In this document: positions 9,136 to 19,560 of the stretch, piece by piece | Numbering within the stretch: position 1 is the first letter of the stretch | How the letters are laid out: each line of letters begins with the position of its first letter | NCBI GenBank assembly: GCA_005777405.1 | Contig: SXMH01000156.1 | Span: 1 to 62,339, forward strand | Direction of reading: 5' to 3' | Length of the DNA: 62,339 nucleotides | Source of the DNA: Actinomycetota bacterium | GTDB lineage: Bacteria; Actinomycetota; Actinomycetes; Actinomycetales; Microbacteriaceae | Made by a program: the position numbers and the translations under genes | Notes under the pieces: generated by a model | What the model was told of the DNA's origin: nothing | The model's database searches: none | What the model saw: only the letters and a program-made list of their open reading frames with translations

Positions 9136-9492
9136 GTGGACGACGGTCGACCGATCTTTCGGCAACTCGCCGAGCAGATCGAAAACCAGATCATCGACGG
9201 CTCGCTGCCTGAGGGAAGCCAAGTGCCCTCGATCAATGAGTTCGCGAGCTTCCACCGCATCAACCCGGCCACGGCACTCAAGGGCATCACCCTGCTCGTC
9301 GAGAGCGGGGTGCTCTTCAAGCGCCGCGGCATCGGCATGTTCGTCGCTGACGGCGCACGCGAGCGCCTGCTCGCCGAACGGCGCGCCCGCTTTGCCACCG
9401 AGTACGTGCACCCCTTGCTGCTCGAAGCCCGCGGGCTCGAGCTCACCACCGATCAGCTCATCGACATCATCCGGAAGGAATCCGCATCATGA
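9136..9492 (+). CDS. GntR family regulator (YtrA subfamily)
   Basis: PIFRQLAEQI, VPSINE, INPAT, KRRGIGMFV; short length; precedes ABC genes. Confidence 0.93.
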   Translation: MDDGRPIFRQLAEQIENQIIDGSLPEGSQVPSINEFASFHRINPATALKGITLLVESGVLFKRRGIGMFVADGARERLLAERRARFATEYVHPLLLEARGLELTTDQLIDIIRKESAS

Positions 9493-10382
9493 CCACCATC
9501 GTCGAGGCGCGCGGCCTCACGAAGCGCTATCGCGGCGTCACCGCCGTCGACAGCGTCGACTTCCAGATCGCGCGCGACAGCATCACAGGCCTGCTCGGCC
9601 GCACCGGCGCGGGCAAGACCACGCTCATGCACTTGCTCACGGGCCAAGAGTTCGCCACAAGCGGCACCATCGCCGTCGCGGGCGGCAACCCCGTCGAGAA
9701 CGCCGGAGTCTTGCAGCACACGTGCTTCATCAAAGAGAGCCAGCGCTACCCCGACGACTTCAAGCCCAAGCACGTCTTCGCGGCTGCTCCCGGCTTCTTT
9801 CCGCACTGGGATGCCGACTTCGCCCGCGACCTCGCCGCCGAATTCCGGCTGCCGGTCGACCGTCGCATCAAGAAACTCTCGCGCGGACAACTCTCGAGCG
9901 TCGGCATCATCGTGGGGCTCGCGTCGCGCGCTCCCATCACGATCTTCGACGAGCCCTACCTCGGCCTCGATGCGATCGCGCGACAAGCCTTCTACGACCG
10001 TCTGCTCGCCGACTACGCGGAGCACCCGCGCACGGTGATCCTCTCGACTCACCTCATCGACGAAGTGGGTGCCTTGCTCGAGCACGCGCTCGTCATCGAC
10101 AACGGGCGCATCATCATCGATTCCCCCGTGGATGCCCTCCGGGCGCACGCCGCCACGATCGCTGGCCCGGCCGAGGCCGTCGAGCGAGCGATCGCTGCAC
10201 TCGAGGTGCTGCACCGCGAGCGCCTAGGTGGATTCGTCAGTGCGACCGTCGCGGGCATCACCGAGCAGGTTCTTGCCGAGGCACGCGCGGCGGGCCTGGA
10301 GGTCGGCCCGGTCTCACTGCAACAGCTCATCATCCGCCAGACCGGCGGCACCCCCACCGAGCACGAGGAGGTCTCGCGATGA
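9489..10382 (+). CDS. ABC transporter ATP-binding protein (YtrB-like)
   Basis: GRTGAGKTT, LSRGQ, FDEPYLGLD, LSTH; ATGA overlap with GntR. Confidence 0.93.
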   Translation: MTTIVEARGLTKRYRGVTAVDSVDFQIARDSITGLLGRTGAGKTTLMHLLTGQEFATSGTIAVAGGNPVENAGVLQHTCFIKESQRYPDDFKPKHVFAAAPGFFPHWDADFARDLAAEFRLPVDRRIKKLSRGQLSSVGIIVGLASRAPITIFDEPYLGLDAIARQAFYDRLLADYAEHPRTVILSTHLIDEVGALLEHALVIDNGRIIIDSPVDALRAHAATIAGPAEAVERAIAALEVLHRERLGGFVSATVAGITEQVLAEARAAGLEVGPVSLQQLIIRQTGGTPTEHEEVSR

Positions 10383-11161
10383 CCACGACCACTGCCACCG
10401 ACCGCGCCGGAGCCCCCGCGCCGCTGTCGACCACGCCACGTTCGCTCGCGACACGCGTGCTCACGATCGTGCGACTGCTGTTCGCGAACCCGTCGACGGC
10501 CATCTGGACGCCCCTCATCATTCTCGGGTTCATCCTGCTCATGAACGTCGCCATCTTCGCGATCATCCTCGCGAATATCCCCGAGGACGGCGAGACCGCC
10601 AATGTCAACGGCGGAGCGTTCTTCCTCTACGTCTACATGCTCGTGGTGGCGGTCATGACGATCAACCAGGCGTTCCCGCTCTCGCTCGGCTACGGCAGCA
10701 CGCGTCGCGACTTCTTGCTCGGCTTCGGCGTCTTCGCCGTGCTGCTCTCGATCGGCTATTCACTCCTGCTCGCCACGGCGACCGCCATCGAGGAGGCGAC
10801 CAACGGCTGGGGCGTCGGCCTGGGGTTCTTCTCCACCGGCGTACTGTGGCAGACCGATTGGTGGCAAGCACTCGCGTTCAGCGTGCTGGCCTTCTTGCTT
10901 TTCTTCAGCATCGGCGCGGCGACCGCGGCGGTCTACGTGCGGTGGAAGGCAACAGGCATGTACGTCTTCTGGGGCGCGATCACCGTCATCGTGCTGGGCG
11001 GTGGCGCGCTCGTGACCTGGTTGGGAGCGTGGGAGCAGGTCGGAGCGTTCTTCATCTGGGCCGGTGTGCTGGGCTCGGCGGCGTGGTCGCTTATCGTCAC
11101 GGCAGTGTGCGCGCTCGCAGCGTGGCTCATCTTGCGCCGGGCGACTCCCTCGCAAGGCTGA
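10379..11161 (+). CDS. ABC-2 type permease
   Basis: 6 TM segments, GSTRRDF motif, ATGA overlap. Confidence 0.85.
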   Translation: MTTTTATDRAGAPAPLSTTPRSLATRVLTIVRLLFANPSTAIWTPLIILGFILLMNVAIFAIILANIPEDGETANVNGGAFFLYVYMLVVAVMTINQAFPLSLGYGSTRRDFLLGFGVFAVLLSIGYSLLLATATAIEEATNGWGVGLGFFSTGVLWQTDWWQALAFSVLAFLLFFSIGAATAAVYVRWKATGMYVFWGAITVIVLGGGALVTWLGAWEQVGAFFIWAGVLGSAAWSLIVTAVCALAAWLILRRATPSQG

Positions 11162-11170
11162 GCTTCACCG

Positions 11171-12688
11171 TCAGCGCGAAGCGGGCAGCAGCACGCCGCA
11201 GAGCAGCAGCTCTCGCACCTGCGGCAGCAACTGCTCGCGCAGCGCGCCCTCGTCGACCTCGAGCAGGTCGGCGAGGGCCGCTGCCAGCTGCCCCACCGTG
11301 AGCTCACCATCGCACGCACCGACGAAACCAGCGAGCGCAGGGTCGGCGTCGATCTCGCGCGCGAAGCCCGCTCCCTGTCGCAGTCGAATGACCGTCGGAG
11401 CCTCATCGCCCGGCCAGTAGTGCCGCTCTTCGGTCACATCGGGCGCCAGCAGCACCTTCTCGCCCGCGAGGGCAACGTCGTCGCGGGAGGCCATCCAGTC
11501 GTGAGCGGCGAACCCCGCGAGCAGGTGGTCGCCCAGACCGCTCGCCGCCGACCCGAGCGGGCTCGACAGCACCTCGGTGCGCAGCAAGCGCGGAGCATCC
11601 TCGTCGAGGGGTCGACGCAGCGCGATGTAGCCGAAACCGACCGCCGTGACTCCGCGCTCAGCGAAGTCGTCGAGCCAGGCCGCGCAGAGCGCGTCGTACT
11701 CGGGTGTGCCGACGCGAGTGCCACCGTCACGAATCCAGGTGGCGGCATACTGCTCGGGGCTCTGTCGCTCACGCTCGATGACCCAGCCGTCGAGACCGGC
11801 CTCGCTGATCCAACGCCGCACGCGCGCGAGGCCATCGCCGCCGAGGCCCTCGCGGTACTCCCAGTTGCCGAGCAGGTGGGCGGTTCCCCCCGGTGTCAGA
11901 TGATCGGCGGCACCGCGTACGACCTCTTCGACGATCGCATCACCGACTCGTCCGCCATCGCGGTACTCGTACAGCGGCACGCCCTCGCGACGCGGAGTGA
12001 TCACGAAGGGCGGGTTCGACACGATGCGGTCGACGCGTTCGCCCGCGAGCGGCGCGAAGAGATCGCCGTGGCGCAGCTCGACCGAGCGCACGCCATTGAC
12101 GTGCACGGTGAGCGCCGCCAGCTCGAGAGCGCGGGCTGACAGGTCGGTCGCGATGACGCGCTCGCCATGTCTCGCCGCGTGCAGCGACTGCACGCCGCAG
12201 CCCGTGCCGAGGTCGAGCACCGTGCCGACCTCGCTCGTGGGAATGAGACCCGCGAGCGTGAGGGATGCCCCTCCGACGCCGAGCACGTGCTCAGCAGGCA
12301 GCGCCCGACCGAGCGCCGTCTCACCGAGATCGCTCACGACGAACCAGTCGGCGGTGCCGCTCGCATCGACAGCGCTGTACGGCCGCACATCGAGCAGCGC
12401 GGCGCCATGGGCATCAATGAGACCGAGGCGCCTGGCGCCGTCGGGCAAGAGCGTCGGGAAGGCCGACTGCAGTGCGTCGTCGTCGAGCGGCTCGCCCAGC
12501 AGGAACAGGCGTGCGAGCAGAGCGGCGGGCTCGGCCTCGGCTTGAGCGAGCGCGCGGCGCGCTGGCACGCGATCGCCCCGCGCGAGAGCTGCGTCGGCCG
12601 CGTCGCCCCAGAGCGACCGCAGCCGGTCGACCGTGTAGCGCGCGGCGTGCAGGTCGGCGCGCAGTCGGTCGGCGAGAGCGGCATCCAT
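11171..12688 (-). CDS. Class I SAM-dependent methyltransferase (NPPF, HemK/MTS-like)
   Basis: VLDLGTGCGVQ, IVSNPPF. Confidence 0.9.
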   Translation of the reverse strand: MDAALADRLRADLHAARYTVDRLRSLWGDAADAALARGDRVPARRALAQAEAEPAALLARLFLLGEPLDDDALQSAFPTLLPDGARRLGLIDAHGAALLDVRPYSAVDASGTADWFVVSDLGETALGRALPAEHVLGVGGASLTLAGLIPTSEVGTVLDLGTGCGVQSLHAARHGERVIATDLSARALELAALTVHVNGVRSVELRHGDLFAPLAGERVDRIVSNPPFVITPRREGVPLYEYRDGGRVGDAIVEEVVRGAADHLTPGGTAHLLGNWEYREGLGGDGLARVRRWISEAGLDGWVIERERQSPEQYAATWIRDGGTRVGTPEYDALCAAWLDDFAERGVTAVGFGYIALRRPLDEDAPRLLRTEVLSSPLGSAASGLGDHLLAGFAAHDWMASRDDVALAGEKVLLAPDVTEERHYWPGDEAPTVIRLRQGAGFAREIDADPALAGFVGACDGELTVGQLAAALADLLEVDEGALREQLLPQVRELLLCGVLLPASR

Positions 12689-12732
12689 GGTTGCTATTCA
12701 ACCGTGCCTTCTCCACCGTGCTCGAACGCAGA

Positions 12733-12768
12733 ACGACGCGGGGCGCTCTCGGCAGCGCCCCGCGTCGT
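12733..12768 (-). terminator. Hairpin after fasciclin gene
   Basis: ACGACGCGGGGCGCT / AGCGCCCCGCGTCGT, 15-bp arms. Confidence 0.75.
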
Positions 12769-12780
12769 CGGGAGGAAGCT

Positions 12781-13179
12781 TTACGGCAGCAGCACCGCGT
12801 CGATGACGTGAATGACGCCGTTGTCGCAGACGATGTCGGCCGTGACGACCGTGGCGCCATTGACCGTGACGCCGTCAGTGGTGTGGAAGGTGAGCTCTGC
12901 GCCGTTGACCGTCGCGGCGGTCATGCCATCGCTGAGGTCGGCTGCGTGCACAGCGCCGGGAACGACGTGGAACGTGAGGATCGAGCTCAGCGCGGGAACG
13001 TCGGCGAGGAGGCCCTCGACGGTGCCCTCGGGCAGAGCGGCGAACGCGTCGTCGGTCGGGGCGAAGACCGTGAAGGGGCCCTCGCCGTTGAGCGTGTCGA
13101 CCAGCCCAGCAGCCTTCACGGCGGCGACCAGAGTGGTGAACGAGCCTGCGCTGACGGCGGTGTCGATGATGGTTGCCAT
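12781..13179 (-). CDS. Fasciclin (FAS1) domain protein
   Basis: [29 protein letters not shown]; no signal peptide. Confidence 0.93.
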   Translation of the reverse strand: MATIIDTAVSAGSFTTLVAAVKAAGLVDTLNGEGPFTVFAPTDDAFAALPEGTVEGLLADVPALSSILTFHVVPGAVHAADLSDGMTAATVNGAELTFHTTDGVTVNGATVVTADIVCDNGVIHVIDAVLLP

Positions 13180-13427
13180 GAACATGTCTTTTCTCGTGAA
13201 CGTGCAGACCGGCCGTGATCGCGCGCCGGGTCCCGAATCGTTCGGGTACGACCTCACTCTGCGCCCAGCACACCCGTGACCAGCCGTGCGCTGGCAGTGC
13301 ATCAGCCGCACGCCAGCCGCAGATCAGCCGTGCACAGTGAATCGGTCGTGGCCGGGAAGTGACGACTTTCGACGAATCTCGCCGTAGGCGGAATAGACGG
13401 GCGCATTGCTGACGTTGGGCCCTGGTG

Positions 13428-13449
13428 AGTCGATGCAGACGCATCGACT
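13428..13449. promoter_or_regulatory. Palindrome upstream of yceI (possible repressor operator)
   Basis: AGTCGATGC-AGAC-GCATCGACT, perfect 9-bp arms. Confidence 0.5.
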
Positions 13450-13483
13450 TTTTGCATGCCGCCAGCTACCGCAGGAGAGATAC

Positions 13484-14047
13484 ATGACCACCGCCATCAC
13501 CGCCGACACCATCGAGGGCTACCGCACCGGAACGTGGGTCGTCGACCCGACGCACACCGAGATCGGCTTCAGCGTTCGCCACCTCGCCATCAGCAAGGTG
13601 CGCGGCGTCTTCGAGAAGTTCGACGCCACGGTCGTCGCCGCCGAGAAGCCCGCCGACTCGACCGTCACGGTCACGGTCGACGTCACCTCGATCAACACCA
13701 ACAACGCTGACCGCGACGCCCACCTGCGCACGAACGACTTCTTCGCCCCCGACGAGTTTCCGACCATGACCTTCGTCTCGACCGGTCTGCGCATCGAGAA
13801 TGGCGACCTGCTGCTCGATGGCGACCTCACGCTGCGCGGCGTCACCAAGCCCATCACCCTCAAGGGTGAGTTCGGCGGCATCGCGACCGACCCGTGGGGC
13901 AACGTCAAGGCCGCCGCGAGCGGCAGCACCGTGATCAACCGCCACGACTTCGGCGTGAGCTGGAACGCGGCGCTCGAGACCGGCGGCTTCCTGCTGGGCG
14001 ACGACGTCACGCTCAACATCGACGCGCAGTTCGCCTACCAGGGCTAA
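13484..14047 (+). CDS. YceI family lipid/polyisoprenoid-binding protein
   Basis: GTWVVDPTHTEIGFSVRH, RDAHLRTNDFF, GDLTLRGVTKP; AGGAG SD. Confidence 0.95.
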   Translation: MTTAITADTIEGYRTGTWVVDPTHTEIGFSVRHLAISKVRGVFEKFDATVVAAEKPADSTVTVTVDVTSINTNNADRDAHLRTNDFFAPDEFPTMTFVSTGLRIENGDLLLDGDLTLRGVTKPITLKGEFGGIATDPWGNVKAAASGSTVINRHDFGVSWNAALETGGFLLGDDVTLNIDAQFAYQG

Positions 14048-14074
14048 GCCCTCACGCAACGCTGCACGCGCGAT

Positions 14075-14109
14075 TCGCGGCCCGGGTGGATGCTCCTCCC
14101 GGGCCGCGA
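14075..14109. terminator. Bidirectional hairpin between convergent yceI and MFS genes
   Basis: TCGCGGCCCGGG / CCCGGGCCGCGA, 12-bp arms. Confidence 0.75.
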
Positions 14110-14115
14110 CTGCAT

Positions 14116-15489
14116 TCAGGCCGAGCCGTGCCGCTCGTCGTGCGGTTCATCGGCCGGCGCTTGGAATCCCGCCGACACGGCTGGTCCGGTCACCACCTCG
14201 CTCGCCGGGTCAGGCTGTGTGTCGTCGGCGTCGAGCGGGTGGGCCAGCTCGTCGGGACCGAGTCGCGCGATGAGCAGCGTGAGCGCGGCGAGCACGACCG
14301 GCACGAGTCCGGCAATGAGAAACGCCATGGGAATACCGATCCACGCACCGACGGGCCCCGCGAGGGCCATCGAGACCGGCATGAGCAGCAGCGACACGAA
14401 GAAGTCAAGACTCGAGACGCGACCGAGCATCGCCGGCGGAACCCGCCGCTGCAGCAGGGTTCCCCAAATGACGGTCGCTCCGCTGAACAGAAACCCGCAG
14501 ACGAAGAGCGCGATGACCATGAGCCAGAGCTGGTCGGTGAATCCGATGATCGCGAGCGGCGCGCATCCGATGCCCCACGCGGCGATCATGATCGTGAGGT
14601 AGCGCTTCGGCAGTCGCAGCGACGCGACGACGAGTGATCCTGCTGCGCCGCCGATGCCGAAGGCGGCGAGCGCGAGCGCGAACGCCCCTGCCCCTCCCCC
14701 GGTCTGGTCGCGCACGGCGAACGGCAACAGCACCTCGATCGGTCCCATGATGACGAGAATGAGCACCGCTGAGTAGAGCAGCGTGGCGAGCAGCCACCGC
14801 GTGACGAGCATGTACTTCACGCCATCACGCACGTCGACCCACACTGCGCGCAGGGGATGCATCGGCTCGGCGTCGGGCTCGCGCCGCACCGGCGTCAGCC
14901 GCATGAGAGCGATGCCGATCGCTCCGAGCCCCTGCGTGATCGCGACGATGGCAAAGCCCAGACCTGGCGAGAGGATGGCGATCGCAGCACTCGCGGCAGC
15001 GGGGCCAGCCGCTTGCATGATCGCCGGGCGCAGCACGCCTTCGATGCCGTTCGCCGCGAGCAGATCCTCGGCGGGCAGCAGCGCCGGCAGCCATGCGGAG
15101 TACGCCGGGTAGAAGAACCCGTCGGCGACGCCGAGCAAGAACGCCACGACCGCGAGGTGCCAGACCTCGATCATGCCGGTGAGCGCGAGCACCGCCATCG
15201 CGGCCATCGACAGCGTCTTGAGCGTCTCGACGGCGACGAGAATGCGCTTTTGCGGAATTCGGTCGGCCGCGACTCCCCCGAGCAGCACCGCGAGCAGCAG
15301 GCCGATGCTGCCGCCGGTCGCGACGATCGAGAGATCGATGGGTGTGCCGCCGAGCTCGATGACCTGCCAGACGACGGCGACGAGCCAGACTCCGGTGCCG
15401 AAGAGCGAGAGGGTGAGTGCCAGCACGAGCAATCGGTACTGGCCGGTGGCGAAGGGCTTCAACGCCCTGGGCAGCTGCATAGCAGTCAC
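14116..15489 (-). CDS. MFS transporter (DHA3/MFS_3-like)
   Basis: About 12 TM, GGVAADRIPQKRIL motif A, LLQRRVPPAMLGRV. Confidence 0.9.
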   Translation of the reverse strand: MTAMQLPRALKPFATGQYRLLVLALTLSLFGTGVWLVAVVWQVIELGGTPIDLSIVATGGSIGLLLAVLLGGVAADRIPQKRILVAVETLKTLSMAAMAVLALTGMIEVWHLAVVAFLLGVADGFFYPAYSAWLPALLPAEDLLAANGIEGVLRPAIMQAAGPAAASAAIAILSPGLGFAIVAITQGLGAIGIALMRLTPVRREPDAEPMHPLRAVWVDVRDGVKYMLVTRWLLATLLYSAVLILVIMGPIEVLLPFAVRDQTGGGAGAFALALAAFGIGGAAGSLVVASLRLPKRYLTIMIAAWGIGCAPLAIIGFTDQLWLMVIALFVCGFLFSGATVIWGTLLQRRVPPAMLGRVSSLDFFVSLLLMPVSMALAGPVGAWIGIPMAFLIAGLVPVVLAALTLLIARLGPDELAHPLDADDTQPDPASEVVTGPAVSAGFQAPADEPHDERHGSA

Positions 15490-15548
15490 GGTAGTGGCCT
15501 TTCTGGTTCAGAGGGAGTGGTGGATGAGTGTCATAGGGTGGGCGCACG

Positions 15549-16043
15549 ATGAGAGAGTTGACGGCCGAGCAGATTCGCGCATCGATCGAGAATGCGAGCC
15601 CTGCTGAAATCGAACGGATGCCCCTCCCGGGCCTGCACGAAACGGTGTGGAGCGAGCGCGAGTTCTTGGGCTGGCGCGACCCGGCCGGCTCGCCGCGCGG
15701 CTACATCGTGCACTGGGTCGACGACCGGCCCGTCGGGCTCTTGGTGCGGGCGGCCAGTGCTCCCTTGCGGGCTGGCATCGGAGCGATGTGCTCGCTGTGC
15801 CACACCCCGCAGCCGGCGACTCAGGTGTCGATGTTCTCGGCGCCGCGAGGAGGCGAAGCGGGCCTCGACGGCAACACCGTCGGCACCTACATCTGCGCCG
15901 ACCTGGCGTGCTCGATCATGATTCGCATTCTTCCGGCGACGAGCGAGCTCAACTTGCATCGCGATGAGCTCATCGCGCGCCGCAGCGAGGGCCTTGTGCA
16001 GCGATTGCAGGCCTTCACGGCCAACGTGCTGCGCCCGGCCTGA
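15549..16043 (+). CDS. FBP C-terminal treble-clef zinc finger protein (FusB-like domain)
   Basis: FLGWRDP, MCSLCHT, GNTVGTYICADLACS. Confidence 0.85.
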   Translation: MRELTAEQIRASIENASPAEIERMPLPGLHETVWSEREFLGWRDPAGSPRGYIVHWVDDRPVGLLVRAASAPLRAGIGAMCSLCHTPQPATQVSMFSAPRGGEAGLDGNTVGTYICADLACSIMIRILPATSELNLHRDELIARRSEGLVQRLQAFTANVLRPA

Positions 16044-16061
16044 GCGCAGCGCGCGCGAACG

Positions 16062-16238
16062 CTATCGCTCGCGGTGCCCGAGCAGCGTGAACGGAATCGC
16101 CATCGACAGCGTGACGGCGATGATGCCCGCGAAGAACGTGACCGCGGCCCACTCTTCCGGCACGGCGTAGGCGTACGCGAAGAGCAGGAAGGAACCCAGG
16201 AACAGGGCGACGGAGACGGCCACGGCGATGATGTTCAT
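16062..16238 (-). CDS. Small two-TM membrane protein
   Basis: 58 aa, two hydrophobic helices, GC3-rich codons; start could be 16253. Confidence 0.65.
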   Translation of the reverse strand: MNIIAVAVSVALFLGSFLLFAYAYAVPEEWAAVTFFAGIIAVTLSMAIPFTLLGHRER

Positions 16239-16279
16239 GATGGGTTCCATCATGCCAGGTTCGAGTGGGATCATGCGGC

Positions 16280-17092
16280 ATGGCCTCTCCCGACTCTGCC
16301 GTGCACTCTGATTCCACCCCACGTCGACGCGGGAGAGCCCGACGCATCCGTCTCGTCGGATTCTGGGCGCTCCTCGCCCTCGGCGCCACGGTCTTCGGCT
16401 TTCTCGTCTGGGCGCACGCCGTGTACCAGGCAGATCGTGCCGCGACGATGCGCGCCTTCGCGCTCGACGACGTCACGATCGAGATCGTCGATGAAGGCAT
16501 TCTTCTCAGCCCTGACGGCGACGCCGTCGACACGTCGACCGGACTCGTCTTCGTGCCGGGCGCTCGCGTCGAACCCTCCGCCTACCTCTGGCAGCTCAGC
16601 GGAATCGTCGAGCACGAGGGAATCACGGTGCTCATCACCCATCCCACCGTCAACCTGGCCTTCTTCGACCTGCGCGGTCTCGACGACTTCACGACCGCCG
16701 CGCCTGAGATCGACCGCTGGTTCGTCGGTGGGCATTCGCTCGGCGGAGTGCGCGCGTGCCTCATGGCCGAGAGCGCGCTCGATACTCGCGATGACCTGGC
16801 AGGCATCGTGCTGCTGGGCAGCTATTGCGCCAACGACCTCAGCCAGACCGATCTGGCGATCGTGAGCGTCGCCGCCGAGAACGATGGCCTCTCCACTCCG
16901 GCGACGATCGAATCGCGCGCGGGACTGCTGCCAGCGTCGACGGTGTTCACGACCATCGAGGGAGCGAACCACGCGAGCTTCGGCGATTACGGCCCGCAGT
17001 CTGGCGACGGCGAGCGCACCATCTCGAGCGACGCGATGCGCACGCAACTCACTGCCGCGCTCGCCGAGGTGTTGGTCGAGCCCGCGGGCTAG
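16280..17092 (+). CDS. Membrane-anchored alpha/beta hydrolase
   Basis: GHSLGG nucleophile elbow, NDG, GANHASFGDYG. Confidence 0.88.
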   Translation: MASPDSAVHSDSTPRRRGRARRIRLVGFWALLALGATVFGFLVWAHAVYQADRAATMRAFALDDVTIEIVDEGILLSPDGDAVDTSTGLVFVPGARVEPSAYLWQLSGIVEHEGITVLITHPTVNLAFFDLRGLDDFTTAAPEIDRWFVGGHSLGGVRACLMAESALDTRDDLAGIVLLGSYCANDLSQTDLAIVSVAAENDGLSTPATIESRAGLLPASTVFTTIEGANHASFGDYGPQSGDGERTISSDAMRTQLTAALAEVLVEPAG

Positions 17093-17685
17093 CTCGTCGC
17101 GGTCTCGCTCTCGACGGTCGGCTCGGCAGCTGCCGTCTCGGTCGGAGCGAGCACAGCCTCACCGCGATCGCGGTTCGCCCAGGCCATCCACCACCACAGA
17201 CCCATACCCACGAGCACGCCGCCGACGAGCGCGAGCACGGGCTGCAACAGCAGGCCGCCGATCGCGCTGTCAGTGATGGCTTGCGCGACGCCGAAGTAGA
17301 CCCAGAACAGCGCGATGTCGGCGACAGCGGTGATGCCGATCGCGAAGAGCGTCACCCGGCCCGGGCGGCGCAGCGACGCCGCGCGCAGAATCGACGAGCT
17401 GACGAGAAACGCGAGCAGGATGAGCACGAGGCTCGCGATGAGAAACGCGATGACGATGCCGAAGAGGATGTCGCTGCCGACACCCAGCGACTCGACCGCC
17501 GTGTTGACGTCGCCTTCGACGGTGTTGCGGAGAGCATCCACGATGTTGCCGAAGATCGCGGCGCCAATGAGGGCGACGATCGCGAACCCGAACAAGAACC
17601 ACCCGGTCTGGAAGATCGTGTGCGAGACAGCGCCCGCGAGGAGGGCGCTCGAGGTCTGCTGACGGCTGAGGGGTGCGGTGGCCAT
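17089..17685 (-). CDS. Four-TM membrane protein
   Basis: AAGGAG SD before ATG 17685; hydrophobic segments. Confidence 0.7.
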   Translation of the reverse strand: MATAPLSRQQTSSALLAGAVSHTIFQTGWFLFGFAIVALIGAAIFGNIVDALRNTVEGDVNTAVESLGVGSDILFGIVIAFLIASLVLILLAFLVSSSILRAASLRRPGRVTLFAIGITAVADIALFWVYFGVAQAITDSAIGGLLLQPVLALVGGVLVGMGLWWWMAWANRDRGEAVLAPTETAAAEPTVESETATS

Positions 17686-17747
17686 GGGGGCTCCTTGACG
17701 TGGGCGGCGACGGGGGCGGCGACGTGGGTGGCGCGTCCGTGCCGAAT

Positions 17748-18416
17748 CTACCGGGTGGATGCCCGGCCGACGCGCTCTTGAATGTACGAGATCACCACCG
17801 CCGAGGTCGTGCCCACGATGACGAGACCGCCCGCCATGAGCACGATCGCCCAGACTCTGCCGAAGGCCGTGACCGGGTAGGTGTCGCCGTAGCCGACCGT
17901 GGCGATCGTCACGACGGCCCACCACAGCGCGTCACCGAGCGTCGTGATGGTCGAGCCCTCGGCAAATCGCTCGGCCTGCAGCACGGCGAGGGCGATGAAG
18001 TAGATGAAGATCACGGCGTACGACGTCGCGAAGACAGCGACGCGTGAGCGCACTGCGGCTCCGGTGCGCCGTTGGAAGTAGGGAACGCGGCGGAACAGGT
18101 CGACGACCCGGAACGCCCTGAGGAGGGGCACGACCACGGCGAGCAAGTCGACCCAGTGGCGCAGCATCCACGGGCCGCGCTCACCGCGAGGGGTCAGCGC
18201 GATGCGCACGACAGCGTCGAGGGCAAAGGTCGACCACGAGACGAACGCCAGCACCGAGAGCAGCAGCACGAGCCAGGGCGGAAACTCGACGACGAGAATC
18301 GCCACGCTGTAGGTCACGATGAAGACGATGCCCATGACGACGAGCAACGGTGCCGATCGATGCTCCCACCGGTCACGGCGGGGCACGTCGGTCACGCTCG
18401 GCGCGTCGGTCGTCAT
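17748..18416 (-). CDS. Potassium channel family protein
   Basis: ALWWAVVTIATVGYGD selectivity filter; S4-like LRAFRVV. Confidence 0.92.
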   Translation of the reverse strand: MTTDAPSVTDVPRRDRWEHRSAPLLVVMGIVFIVTYSVAILVVEFPPWLVLLLSVLAFVSWSTFALDAVVRIALTPRGERGPWMLRHWVDLLAVVVPLLRAFRVVDLFRRVPYFQRRTGAAVRSRVAVFATSYAVIFIYFIALAVLQAERFAEGSTITTLGDALWWAVVTIATVGYGDTYPVTAFGRVWAIVLMAGGLVIVGTTSAVVISYIQERVGRASTR

Positions 18417-18550
18417 GCGCACATTGTTGCGCGAAACGAGGCCCTCGTTGAGGATCGCCGTGCCCTCGACACTGCTAGCGCGCACCGCTCCCAGCAGGGC
18501 CACTGCTCCGAATGGTGAGATGACTGCCCATCGCTTCGTTCGGAGACTGC

Positions 18551-19516
18551 ATGCCTCGCACCGCGCTCGACACCACCGTTCCTGACCTCACCGGCCGCGT
18601 CGCCCTCGTCACGGGCGCCAATAGCGGGCTCGGCTTCGGCCTCACGGGCCGACTCGCCGGTGCGGGCGCCGAGGTCATCATGGCGGTGCGCAATCGACAG
18701 AAAGGTGAGGATGCTCGCGCGCGGTTGCTCGAGCGGCAGCCCAATGCGCGACTGCGTCTCATCGACCTCGATCTCGCGTCGCTCGCCAGTGTGCGTGCCG
18801 CGGCGCGGAGCCTGCTCGACGAGGGCGTGGGCATCGACATTCTCATCAACAACGCCGGCATCATGGCCGTGCCCGATCGCCGCGAGACCGTCGACGGCTT
18901 CGAGCTGCAGTTCGGCAGCAACCACCTCGGGCCCTTCGCGTTCACGGGCCTGCTGCTGCCGGCGTTGCAGCGCACGCCGTCGCCGCGAGTGGTGTCGACG
19001 AGCAGTCTCGCCGCCAACGCCGGTCGCTGGCAGTGGGACAACCTCAACGCCGAGCGCCGCTACTCGGCGTGGGGCGCATACGGCCTGTCGAAACTCGCCA
19101 ACCTCGCGTTCGCGCGAGAGCTGCAACGTCGCAGCGACGTGCACGGGTGGGGCCTCACGAGTGCCGCTGCACATCCGGGGGGCACACACACCAACTTGCA
19201 GACCACGGGCCCGCGCGACGGCGTGGCGCCCAGCGAGAAGCAGTCGCGACGCATGGGTCGCGTCATGCAGAGCGTCGACGTGGGCCTGCTGCCCTCGCTG
19301 TTTGCCGCGACGAGCCCGCGCGTCGAGCCCGGCGGCTACTACGGGCCGAAGGGTTTTCTTGAGGTGCGCGGTGAACCCGCACCCGCGCGCGTGCCGCGGC
19401 CTGCTCGCGCCGCCGAGCCTGCGGCACGCCTGTGGGAGGTGTCTGAACGCGCGACCGGCGTCGTCTACGCCGATCACAGCCCTGCCAGCACAGTGCCTCC
19501 GGGGCGCGAAGACTGA
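18551..19516 (+). CDS. SDR oxidoreductase (retinol dehydrogenase-like)
   Basis: [17 protein letters not shown]. Confidence 0.93.
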   Translation: MPRTALDTTVPDLTGRVALVTGANSGLGFGLTGRLAGAGAEVIMAVRNRQKGEDARARLLERQPNARLRLIDLDLASLASVRAAARSLLDEGVGIDILINNAGIMAVPDRRETVDGFELQFGSNHLGPFAFTGLLLPALQRTPSPRVVSTSSLAANAGRWQWDNLNAERRYSAWGAYGLSKLANLAFARELQRRSDVHGWGLTSAAAHPGGTHTNLQTTGPRDGVAPSEKQSRRMGRVMQSVDVGLLPSLFAATSPRVEPGGYYGPKGFLEVRGEPAPARVPRPARAAEPAARLWEVSERATGVVYADHSPASTVPPGRED

Positions 19517-19560
19517 CAGGATGGCCTGACAGGGTGCCGAACTGACGAAGGAGGCAACCC

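Noticed and set aside
9236-11161. 641-aa fusion ORF
   Set aside because: The N-terminal part is an off-frame overlay of the GntR/ATPase genes; the permease starts at 10379.
17700-17735. Degenerate 12-bp GGGCGGCGAC tandem repeat
   Set aside because: Short GC-rich slippage; no evidence of function.
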